Assembly (NCBI RefSeq): GCF_037042905.1
Contig: NC_087249.1
Location: forward strand, 10,232,001 to 10,296,000
DNA: 64,000 nucleotides
Reading direction: 5' to 3'
Source of the DNA: Lytechinus pictus
Taxonomy: Eukaryota
Below, piece by piece: positions 50,101 through 62,972 of this stretch. The notes under the pieces are model-generated. The model was not told where the DNA came from. It did no database searches and saw only the letters and a program-made list of their open reading frames with translations. Position 1 is the first letter of the stretch, and each line of letters begins with the position of its first letter. The position numbers and the translations under genes were made by a program.

Positions 50101-53100
50101 GAATTCTTGCCCATAAATTAATATCTCCCAATCTATTGATTATGTTTTTAGGGATCTTGACTGTGACCTCAACATTAACCACCACACAGTGAGTATTCAT
50201 ATCTAATATTTATGTCAACCTCTTGATCTATCTATCTATCTATCATTATTTTCTTTAATTGATTGTTTTTTTTTTTTAGGGGGGGGGGTACTTTTCACAA
50301 TGTACTCCCGAAATCTACATTGGATAAGCTTTAATACATGTAAATGGGAATTTTCCAGGGCACTTTGTATTATTTTCTAGGGCTCTTTTAATCATTTCAG
50401 AACCAAAATCGCTTGTATCTCCTGTGTATTTTTTTTTCTTGACTGTAATGCCCATCTACATGTAGCCTTTGTACAGGTACCACCTAGTCCAAGCTGGATG
50501 TGTTTATTTACTCACAACTTTCTGTATAATAATCAACTGAAAAAAATAAAAACAAAACAGTTATTATATTGTGATACATGTTATAAATATTTCACTAAAG
50601 AGATAATGAATATAAAATTGAAAAAAAAAATTCTATAGAAGGAAATTTTGAGTTATACACTCATCTGAGATATAAGATATATGCTCTTCAACACTCCAGG
50701 TAGTATCTTTCTTTGGAACACTGTTTATTAATACACAGGAGGGATTGTAGGTTATCATTTAATTAGCTTGGAATTGACTTTTTAAGATAATGCACGTAAT
50801 CATGATTATATTTGTCGGAGTGTGTCTTTTTAATTTTTTTATAGGGTGTTCGCAATACAGCTCTACTCCAAACGTACTCAGAATGTAAGTTTCGCTTGAC
50901 TCTCCATCATAGCATTTTTTCCTGTGTAATAGGCATATTTATATCTTGGCATATATAACTTGAGTGAAAATGAAACATTTAATCTGTTTCCCATTTTAAG
51001 GTTGATGAAGATCTCATTATTTGGAGATATTTCTACAAGAGTTTTGCAGCTAAAAGTAGAAGGACATAGGAGCCTGAAGCTGCAAGATGTCAATAAAATC
51101 AAAAGCAGAGTTTTTAAATGGACCTTATTACTAACAAATCAAGATTATCATATATTCATATTCATTTTATTACGCTCAGGGCCAACCATATGTGATGGTA
51201 TTCTGTCTGATTGCAGTAGTTTAGTTAAACCTGGGTAAACGTAAACCACACTTTTATGGAGTGCCATTTGTCAACTAATTCACCAATTGAAAAGCATTCT
51301 TCTGCTGCAAAAAAGTTTTCAAAAATCATGAAATGGAAAGAATATGGAAATACAAAAAATATCGTGAATTGTATTGAATTAATTGGTACATTATAATTTC
51401 CTTGAATATGGAAGAAATATTATGAAGCCCATCAGCATTCCATAGAATTGTGGTTTGAAATTCTGGATTAGACTAGGGCAAAACCTAGATTTAATTACCA
51501 AAATACCACCAGTGGTGTTTGATCATGAATTTGAGTCATTGTAGCTTGTCCAGTACTGTGTGCGCCTCACCGGCGACTGACTGGAATACTCCCCATGGAG
51601 TGGAGGATGTGCACACATTGTGTGCGGGAATGACTGATTGAATCCGATGACCGGGGTAATAATATATATATACATGTATATCTGTAAAGCACTTAGACAC
51701 GTCGTTCCAATGTATTAAGCGCTATATCAAAGCAGATTATTATTATATTGAGTCACACTTGACTCTTATTGAACGATCTTTCCACCAATTATCTCTAAGG
51801 ATGAATTCAATACAAATATAATTTGTATTACTCGACATCACTAATCTACTATTATCATACAGTGGATTGGCGTGTGTCCCCGTTGGTGATGATTATAAAG
51901 CAGTGGGCCAAGAACCATGGTATCAACGATGCCAGCCAAGGTACGCTCTCATCCTACTCCTACGTCCTCATGATCATCAACTATCTTCAAGGTAAGTCAT
52001 ATCAATCAGACCCTCTTTCATTTTACATTCATTTCAATTCAATTCGATAGTATTTACTTCCAATGGCTAAGTGGTACCGTGACATTTGCTCTGGCGACAA
52101 TTGCTCTGATGGAAAATCTGCAAGTTAGGCCAAATACCGTAAGTAACGGTGTATTAACCGCACCCGTGTATTAACCGCACCCCCCATTTTCGGATGGAAA
52201 AAAAAAAAAAAAAAAATCATAAAAAAAAAAAAAAATCATAAAAAAAATAATTTAATCAAACTTACTTTCTATCTCTAATATGCGTATTTAAGAAAGAGTC
52301 AAGAACCAAAAAATATCGAAGAATTACTGGTAAAAAATGATGGGAAATCAGCGCTTCGTCACTTATCTGCAAGTTGCCGATATTATTGGCCACTTCCACA
52401 CTCCGAGTCACCTCACACACACACATATGGTACCGGTGTTCATTGCAAGTACCGATACCAGCATCAACATGGGGGCTCACCCATACGAGAAGATCGTTCA
52501 TATCATATTTCCTGCATCACAGCCCCACTTTTGCTTTCAGAATTCTGTCTAGCATTCAATGTCTTGACATGAATTTTAGACAAGGGAATACGGGAAGGTT
52601 CAAGATACGAGAAATTTGCGATTTTGTTCAGGTGTTTTTCTTGTCTGCTTTGAACTACTACCGGTAGTTCTCAGTACGTGTGTGGCGGTATCTTACAGAC
52701 AGCAAAATAGGAAAAAAAATGCTAGTACCGGTATACCGTATTTTCAATGGGAGCTCTGGGCGGGAATAAAGTGAATAATAATTAAAAATAAAAGTCGGAA
52801 GGAGTGAAGATGGGGATTGAAGATTGATTTTGAGATGATGGATGATAGAGAGAAATGAAGGAAAGGCAAATGAAAGAAATTAATTGTCAAATAATACCAA
52901 TAATTTGTCAAACAAAATAACTTCCACGGAAAGGTAAAGCGCCAGCTTACGTTGACGTTGCGATAAACATTACACATGCATGTCTTATTCGGCTAGCTGC
53001 ACCGCGCTGTGCGATCGATTGGCGTCTGAACTTTGCCGCGATGACTAAAAAATGACAACAAAGACAGAGTCACACCATTAAAAATAGTCAGTTTCATGAA

Positions 53101-56100
53101 GGTAGGTGCGTTTGTTACCGTGATATAACTTTGAGGGACATTTACGGCAGATACCGGTAGTCATAGTTGCTTCCCTTTTATACCCGCGGCTCATACCCCT
53201 CTAAACGGGATTGCCCCAAGCGGCTACGCTCGGCCACCCGACGCGAGTTGAAAACTGGTAGTGGTATCGGGCTGAGATTGGCTTGGCCGGCTCAGACCTG
53301 TCACCGTGTATAAACCGCACCCCCGACTTTTGATTCTGTCCCGCCGAGAAAAAGGTGCGGTTAATACACCGTTACTTACGGTATTAAATCTAACCTCCAA
53401 ACCTAAATAAACCATAATCCTTACATTTGCATTTTTCTGAACATAAAATGCTATTACAGTCCTAACTCTAACCCCATGCCATCTGAGATATTAAGACAGA
53501 GAATTACGCCGTGGCTGGGATTCGAACCCACGACCCTCTGTTCTGTAGTCAGAAGACTAATCCACTGGGCCACAACACTCCACATCACTCTCCAGATGAC
53601 TCTGGGGATCAGTAACACAATGGTTAATTAGCGATTGATCGTACGCTTGATTTTCATGATTACATTACGGTCTATGCAATCAGTCATACAGATATTCTTC
53701 TACGATGATTGCTAAGCTTTGTGTTATGGGCCCAAGATGACCCTCCTATTTCACCTACCTTTCAAATTCCACTCCCAGTCTTATCTCTTTTATTCTCATT
53801 TCTCGTCCACATCTCTTCACTCTACCGCCCACACACTCCTGGGGGGGCATTTCATAAAGCTGTTCAGAGCAACTTTACGAACGACTGGTGATCCTTTCTT
53901 GTGGTAAATATATTCACCAATAAATGTTTATTGGTGATTATTTAGCATCTAAGAAAGGTTCAGCAATCGTTCTTAAAGTCGCTCTTAACTTACGATCAGC
54001 TTCATGAAACACCCACCTGTTCTGGGCTCCATAACACAAAGCGTAACGATTGATTGTACGATTGATTGTACATTGTAGTCAATGCAAGCAATCGTGAAAA
54101 TTTGTTCTACGATCATTGCTAAGTTTTGTGTTACGGGCTCCTGGACTTTATCTACAGCGTACATGGTGATCTGTAAGTCTCTTCTACATTCATTTTGGAT
54201 TCGTCTGAGTTCTAACATCTTCATTTTTTCACCTCTTTCTTTGTCATCTCAGTTGGATGTAAGCCTCCTGTTGTGGAGTCAATTCAGAAACAAGAATGGG
54301 TAAGATAAAGTGATATTAAAAAAAAAAAATTGTTGTTGACCACTGAATTACAAGAACAGAAGTCTTGTAAATATTGCGAGCGTATGCATATGTTAGACAA
54401 AGTTGTACAACGCCTACTTAGCTTGTTGTACGCGAGCAAATGGGAGGCTGAATGTCAAACATTTGTACTTTTGCACATGACGTCTCATCCAAAATGTACC
54501 GTTGCACGGGTCAAGAAAAGGTGACGTCACAATAAAAAATAAAGATTCAACGCATTGCATGCGCTTAGTAATTGCAGATGCGCAGGGTTTACTGGCTAAA
54601 TGCACATTGTCATTGCAGGTCAGATGCGTGTTTGAGGGACTTCACTTTCACTTTCAAAAATTTATCTTATTTTCATAGATTAACAGAGGAAAAACTCTAT
54701 TATTGTTCGTATTTTTGCCTACTTACGAGGCGTTGTACAACACAAATAGCGTATATTCTTATTCGTGCGATGGTGCGACATTTCGCAGTTGGTGAAAGAA
54801 ATAAACACTCTATAGAGCATATTTCTTTCACCTCACGGGAAATCTCGCACCATCGCACTCATGCCTATTTGCTAATTGTATATTTGTCATATTTGCCTAC
54901 CAATAGTTACACTACTAAAATAAGTCTACATACATGTGCACACTAGGCCCCTCCCCCATCCACTCCCCTTGAGCAGATACCCTCAAATAGGGAAATGTTT
55001 ACCATTTGTGTAGTTGATAACCTCCATTTTTTTCTCTTTTTTTTTTACCTGGGCTCCGTTGCATAACAGTTACAATTATGGTAACTTTGCTATCCAACGG
55101 TAACTACCCTGAAAATCTTGATTCTGATTGGCCGTTGATCGGTGTTACCGTGGTAGTAACTTTTATGGAACGGGGCCCAGGTCAAAGTATCAAATCTTCC
55201 AGTGTAACAAATTATTCAAGTTTAAAACAAGCGTAGGATATAGCTAGGGTTGTTAAGAAGCAAATTCTCAAAATTAGTGGCTTTCGTGACTCTATAATGG
55301 TTGAATAAGCACAACATAAAGAAGAAACAAGTTTTTTTCAAAAACTGCAAAATATGTGCTTTAATGACTTGTTTTGTGAAAATGACATAAATGCTTGCGT
55401 GTGTGTGTGTATTTGAGTTTTGTCAGACGTGTATCAATCAGATATGATTATTTACATTTGGGACCGACCTTTAACGTCACCATCCGAAAGACGTGATCAG
55501 GGTTCGAACCTTGAACCTCTGCATCAAATTGTAACTTCCCCACATAGCTTGGACTACAGGCGCACGCCACAACGCCCAGTTGCCTTAACAGAAGCACTAA
55601 TTGAAGACACTTGAGAAGCACTATTTAACGACACTATTGGAAGGTTTGAAGGGGTTCTTTAGGGGGAAGTTACTTTTGATATTGTATTTATATGGTCAAC
55701 CATTTTGCCAATGACAGTTAATTATTTTATAAATTGAAATAAATAAAAATGAATAAATTTCCCCCAAATGAGCATGAATATCATTAACTTTTTGTTTATA
55801 TTTATGCTGTAATATTTGTTTATTCTGTTGACAGGGTCGGACTGTGTTTTCCGATAATCAGAGTGTCCTGTACTCCTGGAATAGACTGTTTGAGTATCCA
55901 GTAAAGTTCATCACTGATCCCCATAACCAATCCAAAAACTCTCAGGATCTCTACTCACTACTCAAGGTCAGTCTCCGCAACAAATCACTTCGGTTTTATT
56001 ACTATCAGGCTTAAAAAAGTGCTACGATTGCTTTTAAACATAAATACCAGTTGTGGTAGCGATATAAAACGAGTTCAAACAGAATCAAAAGCCTCTAATA

Positions 56101-58006
56101 AAATGACCACCAAAGTGCTTAAATCGTCGGCGGTCATCGGAACCGTCGTATCACACATACGACGGTGCAAACCCATTTCAGAGAAAATCGACTTCAAAGT
56201 TAACCATAATTTTCACACCTAGTTCCCCAGCCTTACAACATATTTATTGCTAGACACATACATGGTTTGGAAAGACCAAGACAATCGCTTGACATTGGTA
56301 TCCTTATTTGTACACAAAACTAAGGATTGGAGAAAATATCGCAAAAAAAGCTACATGTACATGCTTGTAATTTCGGTTTGAGCGTCTTAGATTTTCCCTG
56401 TACAAAAACGCCATAGGGAAAAAGCGATACTGACCGCGATTCCAATGCGCGCGATCAGTCAAAACGTATCGCTTTTCAGGTGTAAAGTCAATGCAGTGCC
56501 CAGTGCCAATACGACGGTTTGGCTGACCGCTCGCATTGAGATCGCATTGTCGTATCGCTCTGTAACAGTATACGCTTCCAATGGGATTTGCGCATTTTAT
56601 GAAAATTTTTGGATAGAATAGGACTTGTACTTCATTTTCTATGCAAATCTCAATTTTTTTTTTTTTTTAAACTAAAATTGACTGATACGACGGTTCGGAT
56701 GAATGCCGACAAAATGTATATGGATAAACAATACGTGCCAAATCATTCTGCTAGAAAATGTGCCATTACTGAGAAATTGACAAAATCAAGTATGGCATTC
56801 TAGCCAAATTTCTGTTTTTTTTTTCACTAAATCAATTACTGTACACACTATCTAGGAATAGTAACTAAAATAGCTTTCTTCAGCATTAAAACATGTGGAA
56901 AGAGCACAGTAAAGATGCGACCCATTCAGTGAAAACAAGATTTTGAGATTTTCAGCTTCAAATAAATTTAGCACAAAGTTTTAGACCATGTTTAAAGTTA
57001 AACTGGACTTCGGATTATGGTCCTCTATGTTTTTTACTTTACAGTATGCCATAGTAACATGTGCCCTCTGAGTAATATCCATTGCATTGGTTGATTTGCA
57101 GGGTTTCTTTGAATACTACGCTAACTTTGACTTTGAGAATACAGTGATCAGCATACGATTAGGCAGCTGCTTCCCTTGCAATCTCCTACCTCCGAATCAT
57201 CAGGGATGGAGACAGAAGTACATCTTTATCGAAGGTACATGTAAGAAGGAAATATCCTTCCTTGCTTTCTTTCATTCTTGCATTCTGTCATGCCTTCTCA
57301 TCTTTCTCTGTATTTCTGTACAGTCGTTTGACAATTTTGACCTACCTCCAAATTTGAGCTGGGTCTTTCTAACTTAAAAGTTAGAGTAGGATATCTTCGA
57401 AATACCTCTCCAACATCTTGCATGTCACCTCTTCTTCCTTCTTCTCCTTTTCCACGTCCTCTTCTTTCGTCTGCTCTTTTATTCTCCTCTTCCTCCTCTT
57501 GTTCATCTTCCCTCTTCTACCTTTTATTTATCCTTCTGCCACTTCCTTCTCGCCTCTTCCACCGCTTCCTCTTCTTCCTTTTCCCATTCTCTTTCTCATC
57601 TTTCCTGTATTTGTTTTTGATGCCACCTTGGCAATCAAGGGATTCCAAAGAGGATAATGCTTTCGCTTTGTTGATAAACTCCACATAATTTATGTCTATG
57701 CTGCAACTGATTAATGATTGTGAAGTCATCAGCGACTAAAACCCACTATCTTTCATTATAATAAGGCTGATATTGAGGGGAAAGTACAATGCCATCATGT
57801 GAGAAGATTGTAAGCCGACATGTTTTAACACTTCTAGTCTTATTCTTACCATTGATGCTGCAGAGCCTTTTGACCGAATCAACACGGCGCGATCTGTCTT
57901 TGACTGGAGCAGATACAGGCAGATCCTGGAGGCTTTCGAGGAAACCCGCGAATCACTATGCAAGACCAACGACCTTGATCTCCAGAGCTTCCTCAACCTC
58001 AGATGA
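41036..58006 (+). CDS. TENT2: Poly(A) RNA polymerase GLD2 / terminal nucleotidyltransferase 2, spliced, 563 aa
   Basis: Exons 41036-41160, 42308-42872, 43705-43819, 48372-48463, 48897-48960, 49473-49542, 50152-50188, 50845-50884, 51863-51991, 54253-54299, 55835-55966, 57102-57234, 57864-58006 join into a 1692-nt ORF. Pol-beta NTase motif GSSMNGFGSTGCDADMCL, AKVPILKF, DCDLNIN (third Asp), GVRNT, KQWAKNHGINDASQGTLSSYS, and PAP-associated IEEPFDRINTARSV, which lacks the TUTase His. Confidence 0.93.
42308..42872 (+). CDS. TENT2: GLD2 exon, Ser/Pro/Lys-rich low-complexity N-terminal region
   Basis: Within ORF 42174..42911; ctttcag acceptor, GAG|gtaagg donor. Confidence 0.88.
43705..43819 (+). CDS. 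TENT2: GLD2 exon (MSRRVWSYY...IKEIYP)
   Basis: ttctag / A|gtaagt; helix preceding the NTase domain. Confidence 0.9.
44290..44818 (+). mobile_element. Unclassified element with a long 3' hairpin (GGGCTTCGCCC apex)
   Basis: Related truncated copy at about 11748-12240; 5' TATCCTAC mirrored by internal GTAGGATA. Confidence 0.65.
44880..46336 (+). mobile_element. Unclassified hairpin-ended element containing an inverted copy of itself
   Basis: 45263-45450 is the near-exact reverse complement of 46150-46336; 44985-45215 mirrors 45665-45885. Confidence 0.7.
46349..47381. mobile_element. TIR element (CCATGGAGCTATTACAGAAGGAG)
   Basis: Inverted terminus CTCCTTCTGTAATAGCTCTATG at about 47359-47380; flanked by ACTAT repeats. 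Confidence 0.75.
48372..48463 (+). CDS. TENT2: GLD2 exon with catalytic GS..DxD motif
   Basis: NALLLLGGSSMNGFGSTGCDADMCLYLSDSL|gtaatg. Confidence 0.95.
48897..48960 (+). CDS. TENT2: GLD2 exon
   Basis: ISQKDARQILLTLRGYLQHRC|gtaagt. Confidence 0.88.
49473..49542 (+). CDS. TENT2: GLD2 exon
   Basis: SFIKNMKVIFAKVPILKFQHKLF|gtacat. Confidence 0.92.
50152..50188 (+). CDS. TENT2: GLD2 37-nt exon with the third catalytic Asp
   Basis: RDLDCDLNINHHT|gtgagt. Confidence 0.9.
50845..50884 (+). CDS. TENT2: GLD2 40-nt exon
   Basis: GVRNTALLQTYSE|gtaagt. Confidence 0.9.
51863..51991 (+). CDS. TENT2: GLD2 exon
   Basis: LDWRVSPLVMIIKQWAKNHGINDASQGTLSSYSYVLMIINYLQ|gtaagt. Confidence 0.95.
52137..53381. mobile_element. 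Tc1/mariner-pogo-type non-autonomous element
   Basis: ta|CCGTAAGTAACGGTGTATTAACCGCACC...GGTGCGGTTAATACACCGTTACTTACGG|ta; perfect TIR with TA TSD. Confidence 0.9.
54253..54299 (+). CDS. TENT2: GLD2 exon
   Basis: VGCKPPVVESIQKQEW|gtaaga. Confidence 0.85.
55397..55580 (-). mobile_element. Apparently full-length copy of the same 7SL-like SINE
   Basis: Reverse strand: ACTGGGCGTTGTGGCGTGCGCCTGTAGTCCAAGCTA...GGTTCGAACCC...(CA)n; collinear with 6151-6314. Confidence 0.8.
55835..55966 (+). CDS. TENT2: GLD2 exon
   Basis: GRTVFSDNQ...SKNSQDLYSLLK|gtcagt. Confidence 0.87.
57102..57234 (+). CDS. TENT2: GLD2 exon (PAP-associated domain)
   Basis: GFFEYYANFDFENTVISIRLG...WRQKYIFIE|gtacat. Confidence 0.93.
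57864..58006 (+). CDS. TENT2: GLD2 last coding exon
   Basis: EPFDRINTARSVFDWSRYRQILEAFEETRESL...NLR*. Confidence 0.92.
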
Positions 58007-58794
58007 TGATGGTTCGACGTCCCGTCTCCCTGTCCCGCTCTCTAGGAACGGTATGAATCATGGATTTTCTATAAGTGATACCCGATGAAGCCAAGCATTA
58101 GATGCTGGCTCCATGGCTCAAGTGAAGCAAGCATTAGTGGAGCATTTCACGAAACAGTTTGTGATTTTCACTGACAATTGATGTTAAACTCCTGAAATCC
58201 TTGCGTCTGATTGGCTCAGAACAGAATAGTCAGCGAAAATCACTGATAAGATGTTTCATGACAAACTCCCGGGTTTTCTTCAATCATTGTAATGATAACC
58301 TGAGGGAGTTTCTTAGTTTGACATTCCAGATTGTTGTGGCATGATCTTGAAGGCAATGCGCTTCTTGAGAATGATTGGAGAGTGTTAAGACTCATGATTT
58401 CTCTGATGTTCGAGCTAAACATAGAATTAACTTTGATTCCAAAGGAATTTTCCAACTCCTGATCTTGTGCAAATCTACGCTGCCAAAACCAACGTTAATT
58501 CATTGTGAACAGCTTGTACCCATATGACAGTTCACCAATACATCAATGTATGCTTTGAAATCTATGTTCTATGTGAACTAGCTATTTTGTCTTTCATTTT
58601 TGTCCAGGGACCCGTTTCATAAACCTTGCTTTCAATAACAATGCTATTTTGCTCTCAACCAATCAAAGTGTACAATTTCAGTAGCTTTCAATGGGTGTTT
58701 GTGCTTTGTCGTTGATATTACCAATTTATGAAGCAGGACCCAGAGCAGAGTACAAGATTCATGACATATCCTGTCTATCACACTTATACTTCAC

Positions 58795-59260
58795 CACATT
58801 GGACCCTGTTTCACATAACTTGTTTAACATTAATTTGCTATATATGGTCATTATCCTATGGCAATTCAGTGTTAGTCACTCAAATGTGTTGATATCAGGA
58901 ACTTTAAATTTGTGAAACAGGAGTTGGAATTGTATATCTCACATAATACTTAACCACATTGGACCCTGTTTCACATAACTTGCCAAACATCAGTATTCTA
59001 TATCATTTTCCAGTGACAATTCAGTATCAGTCAGTCAAATGTGTTGATATCAGGATTGGTCCGTAATTGAACTTTAATTTTGTGAAACAGGGGTTGGAAT
59101 TGTATATCTCACATATACTTAACCCCTCTGGACCCGGTTTTACATAACTTGCCAAACATCAATATCCAATATTCTTATTGAGTAACAATTCAGTATGAGT
59201 CAATCAAATGTGTTGATAAGGATTGGTCAGTAATTGAAATTTTATCTTGTGAAACAGGAA
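58795..59260 (+). repeat. Three tandem ~160-170 bp units, each a hairpin MITE, in the GLD2 3' UTR
   Basis: GACCCTGTTTCACATAACTTG...TGTGAAACAGG starting near 58801, 58961 and 59130. Confidence 0.8.
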
Positions 59261-62200
59261 CGCGATATCGTATTTTACCAAAGAATCCAATCATCAGGTT
59301 CAATCTATAGAACTTCATACCTCGTACTTGGTGTGTTGATGTGAGAATGATTTATGCAAACCAACTTGAGATGGGTTGATCCCTTTCTATGTTGTCATCC
59401 ACCCGAAAGTACATGGTAATGTATACATTGTCTGCTTCTCCATAGAGGATTAGTTTTCCTTCCAATGTAATGTAAGCTACTATTGTGTTTAATAGTGTAG
59501 TGTTTTGTGGTATTTCTCATGGAATTTCTAAATGGGCTGTGTTTAAGATACAGGAATTTGGGAGTAAATCGCTGATCGCCATTCCCTCTTGTAATCTTTT
59601 TTAATTTAATGATATTCTACTAGATACTGAATTGGATCTTGTATGTGAACATTTCCACTGCTTAAGGAGAGATCTGTGCAACTATTAAGCCAAAGTAAAG
59701 AATAAGAAAAACAACGAGAGAAAGAAATTGAAAAACAAACACACCTGATATTGTATAAAGTTATGATATTGTGTACAAACAAGAGTTGTCTCTAAGTCTC
59801 TAATAAAGTCATAATCCTTAATAAATTGACGATTTTATATTGTATACATATAGCTACGTAAGTTACATTCCAAACATTTGTAAAATTCTATCCAATCATA
59901 TTTGGCCAGATTGATTCTAGAATTTCCTCTTCCCGTTTTTGCGAGTTTCCTCCCTCTATGATAGTCAAGCGACTGTATGCAATGAATATTTTGTATACAC
60001 TGAAGTTACTGAACATTTTTAGATGATATTATTTCCATGAAAATTTTGGTGACTGGATATTGCGTTGATATACCCTTTTAATGACCTGAGCAGTGATGAT
60101 AATCTGTCAGAAACTTTTATTAAGTTCAGTAATGTACTATCCATTAAGTTTGGTTATCAGTGCTTTACATTATACCATATATTATTTATGCACAAATACA
60201 AACCAGATTCTAGAAGGAAGTGTGATGTTTCATGTACATGTCTTGGAAATTTACGTTGTACTGCATCTCGTTAACACCGTACATGATCATTGTTAGTGTG
60301 TCATTTGAATTCATGGTTGCATGTAACATTAACCCAACTATGGTGTATAATGTAATGATATGATCCAATGTTGATAGCCAGATGTTGCTTTAATTTCATC
60401 AACAAATAGCTGGAACACGAAATCTTCCTATATTAATTTTTTTGTGGGGGGGGGGTGTGTTTGAATTTCTTTTGGGGGAGGAGGGGGGGGGGGTGGGTCG
60501 TCAGAGGAGTGGTCTTTCACTTAGTTCTATCCATAGGGTCTTCATGAATAGTTTGACTTATACATGTATGTAAAATTTGACTTATATGAGACTCCAGGGT
60601 GTATTAAAAACAATAGGATATGATAACCATTTGATGGAATTCATATACATGTAGATCTGAATCGACCTAGGAGATTGTTAACTTTGTGTAAATTTTACTG
60701 TGGGAGCAGTGGATGTACAAGTACTGTTAATTGAAATAGCAAGATCAAAGAATTCTTACTGATGAAGAAAAAAAAAAGATTTAGAACCCTCAAATTAGGG
60801 GCCTGTTTCATAAACCTTGTTATAATGATAACAAATTATTATTAACAATTTAAAGCTACTCACTGGAATCGTTCAATATGATTGGCCGATGGTAAATTTA
60901 TTATAGAAATGGCTTTTTTTTATAATAAGTCTTTATGAAAGAAGACCCAGATTTAGCAATTCTCTTTCATTTTATATGGTGTTGTAACCCATCAAGCCCC
61001 ATTGGAAAATGTGTATTTATACTGAAATCAATTTTTTCTTCCAGGGATAAATAATACATGTATATGGGGCCTCAGGACGTTTTCGTCTCCAAAGTGCTCA
61101 AAAGAGCCCTGGAATCTCTAAAAGGAACCTTGGAAAATTGCCAATCATTGCAATGTTATGACTTATCCAATTTACAGATTTAGGCAGTAAGTTGTGATAA
61201 AAAGCCCCTGAAAAAAAAAATGATTTTTTGCCTGTTATGCTCTCACGTTCTGATTTTCACCCGTAGAGGGGCAGTGTCTCCTTAAGGAGACCCGTTTGCA
61301 CTTTCTCTTATCCTGAATGTAACCAATCACACAATTAGATATGATTTAAAAATGAAAAAAAAAACCCAGGTACTACTGAAAACCTAATACATCTCCAGTG
61401 CCTTAATCAAAGCAGTTTGACTTGATTATTGTGTTATCTTTAAAATTAGCATTAGGTTAACCCTGATACCGGAATCTCCAGCCAGGCCATAACGATCATG
61501 CACAGCTTCATAAAAAATAATGAGTTTGCTATTTAGAATGCCAATTAGCATCTATCTAACTGTTCATTTGGATTCTTGCGATATTCATTAATTTATTATA
61601 AAAACTAATAATTTTGATTCCCAATTAGAGGAGTGAAAGGTAATGTCTAGGCATGTTACATACTGTATATGGGAAGAATGTCAGAATTTACTTCATTTTT
61701 TGAAAATTATGGTTACTTGTTAGTTGTTAGTACAATATATCAACTTTTTTTTATTTATAATGATAATAATAATAATGGTAAGTTTTTGTATAGGATAGCG
61801 CATAATGCAACAAATAAGTCTCTATGCGCTTTTCCTGTGTGATTATGTCACAATTCTTCCAAAATTAAATGCTATCTTGATCTGTAGTGTGTTTGAATGT
61901 ATGAGACATTATTGTTTTTGTTGTTTTTGTCTCTCTCTACTCTTTAGTTCTTATGACACTTGTGTTCTGAAATATTACAAAAAGATGCAAAGCATGTGAA
62001 TAGGTAATATATAGTTTTATTTGGTTTCAAAGCTATAAAAATCAAGTAGTTGTCATAAGCATTAATTTGCAGAGAAAGTCTTTAAAGTCAAGGTTATCAA
62101 TCATTGTTGATGTAAATCTGGTAGTTCTGGCTTTAACAAAGCAAATGTGAATTAACGTAATGAAATGTTGCTCTGAAACCAAGATAGTCCCCAACATAAA

Positions 62201-62701
62201 TAAACATTCCTGGGCCCATGTATTGGTATTGCTTGGAAGAAGACACGTCTCCAACTGAATGCCATGCTTATTGTGCTTACTTGCACAATTACAAATTTTT
62301 ACTAGAATCATTTGGCATAATACACTTTTTTTAATTGACACACACTTTGGTGATCATTTTGTTGAATTTGTTGAATTTTGTTGAATTCTGTATGAATTAA
62401 TGTTATGATTGTTGCCAGAAGTGGGATATAAGTTTTAAGCAGAAGTCCATCCTGATGTCAGATTGTTTTTTTGTTTTTTTTAATAAAAAATCAGTAAATC
62501 ATTCATAAGGAGAGAAGCATATCAATGACGGTTTGGCAAAAATCCATCAAATAAAAAACAGCCAGAAATTGTCAAAGGTTTTTATTTTATGACTTATAGC
62601 AGCTCCTGGATGTCATGTAAAATGTTTGATTTTATGAATTTCATAAATTGCCATTTTTCAGTGGTTCATGATGATTTATATTTTTTCATGGAAGTGTGAA
62701 T

Positions 62702-62972
62702 GGGGGTGCGTCGTGGTCTAGGGGTTCTGACTCTCGCCTTTGAAACAGAAGGTTGTGGGTTCGAATAGTAGCCATGGCACGTTTTCCTTCAGCAAGAAAT
62801 TTATCCCCACTGTGCTGCACTCGACCCAGGTGAGGTGAATGGGTACCCGGCAGGTGTAATTCCTTGCATGCACTGAGCGCCGGTGACTAGCTCGAGCTAC
62901 AACTGGGGTAATAACAGCAGCACTTTGTATCCTCTGGCAAAAAGCGCTGTATAAATCCAGCTCTTATTATTA
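62702..62972 (+). mobile_element. tRNA-derived SINE, near full length
   Basis: A-box TGGTCTAGGGG, B-box GGTTCGAAT, conserved body, (TTA)n tail. Confidence 0.82.

Noticed and set aside
52262..52667. ORFs inside the pogo/Tc1-like element as transposase
   Set aside because: No HTH or DDE motif recognisable; the element appears non-autonomous.
55397..55580. Functional 7SL/SRP RNA gene
   Set aside because: Similarity covers only the 5' Alu-domain part; there is no S domain, and it ends in (CA)n and is repeated, so it is a retroposon.
57864..58006. Calling the nucleotidyltransferase a TUTase (TUT4/7, TUT1) or MTPAP
   Set aside because: The nucleotide-recognition motif EPFDRINTARSV matches the GLD2 type and lacks the UTP-selecting His; no zinc knuckles or RRM seen.
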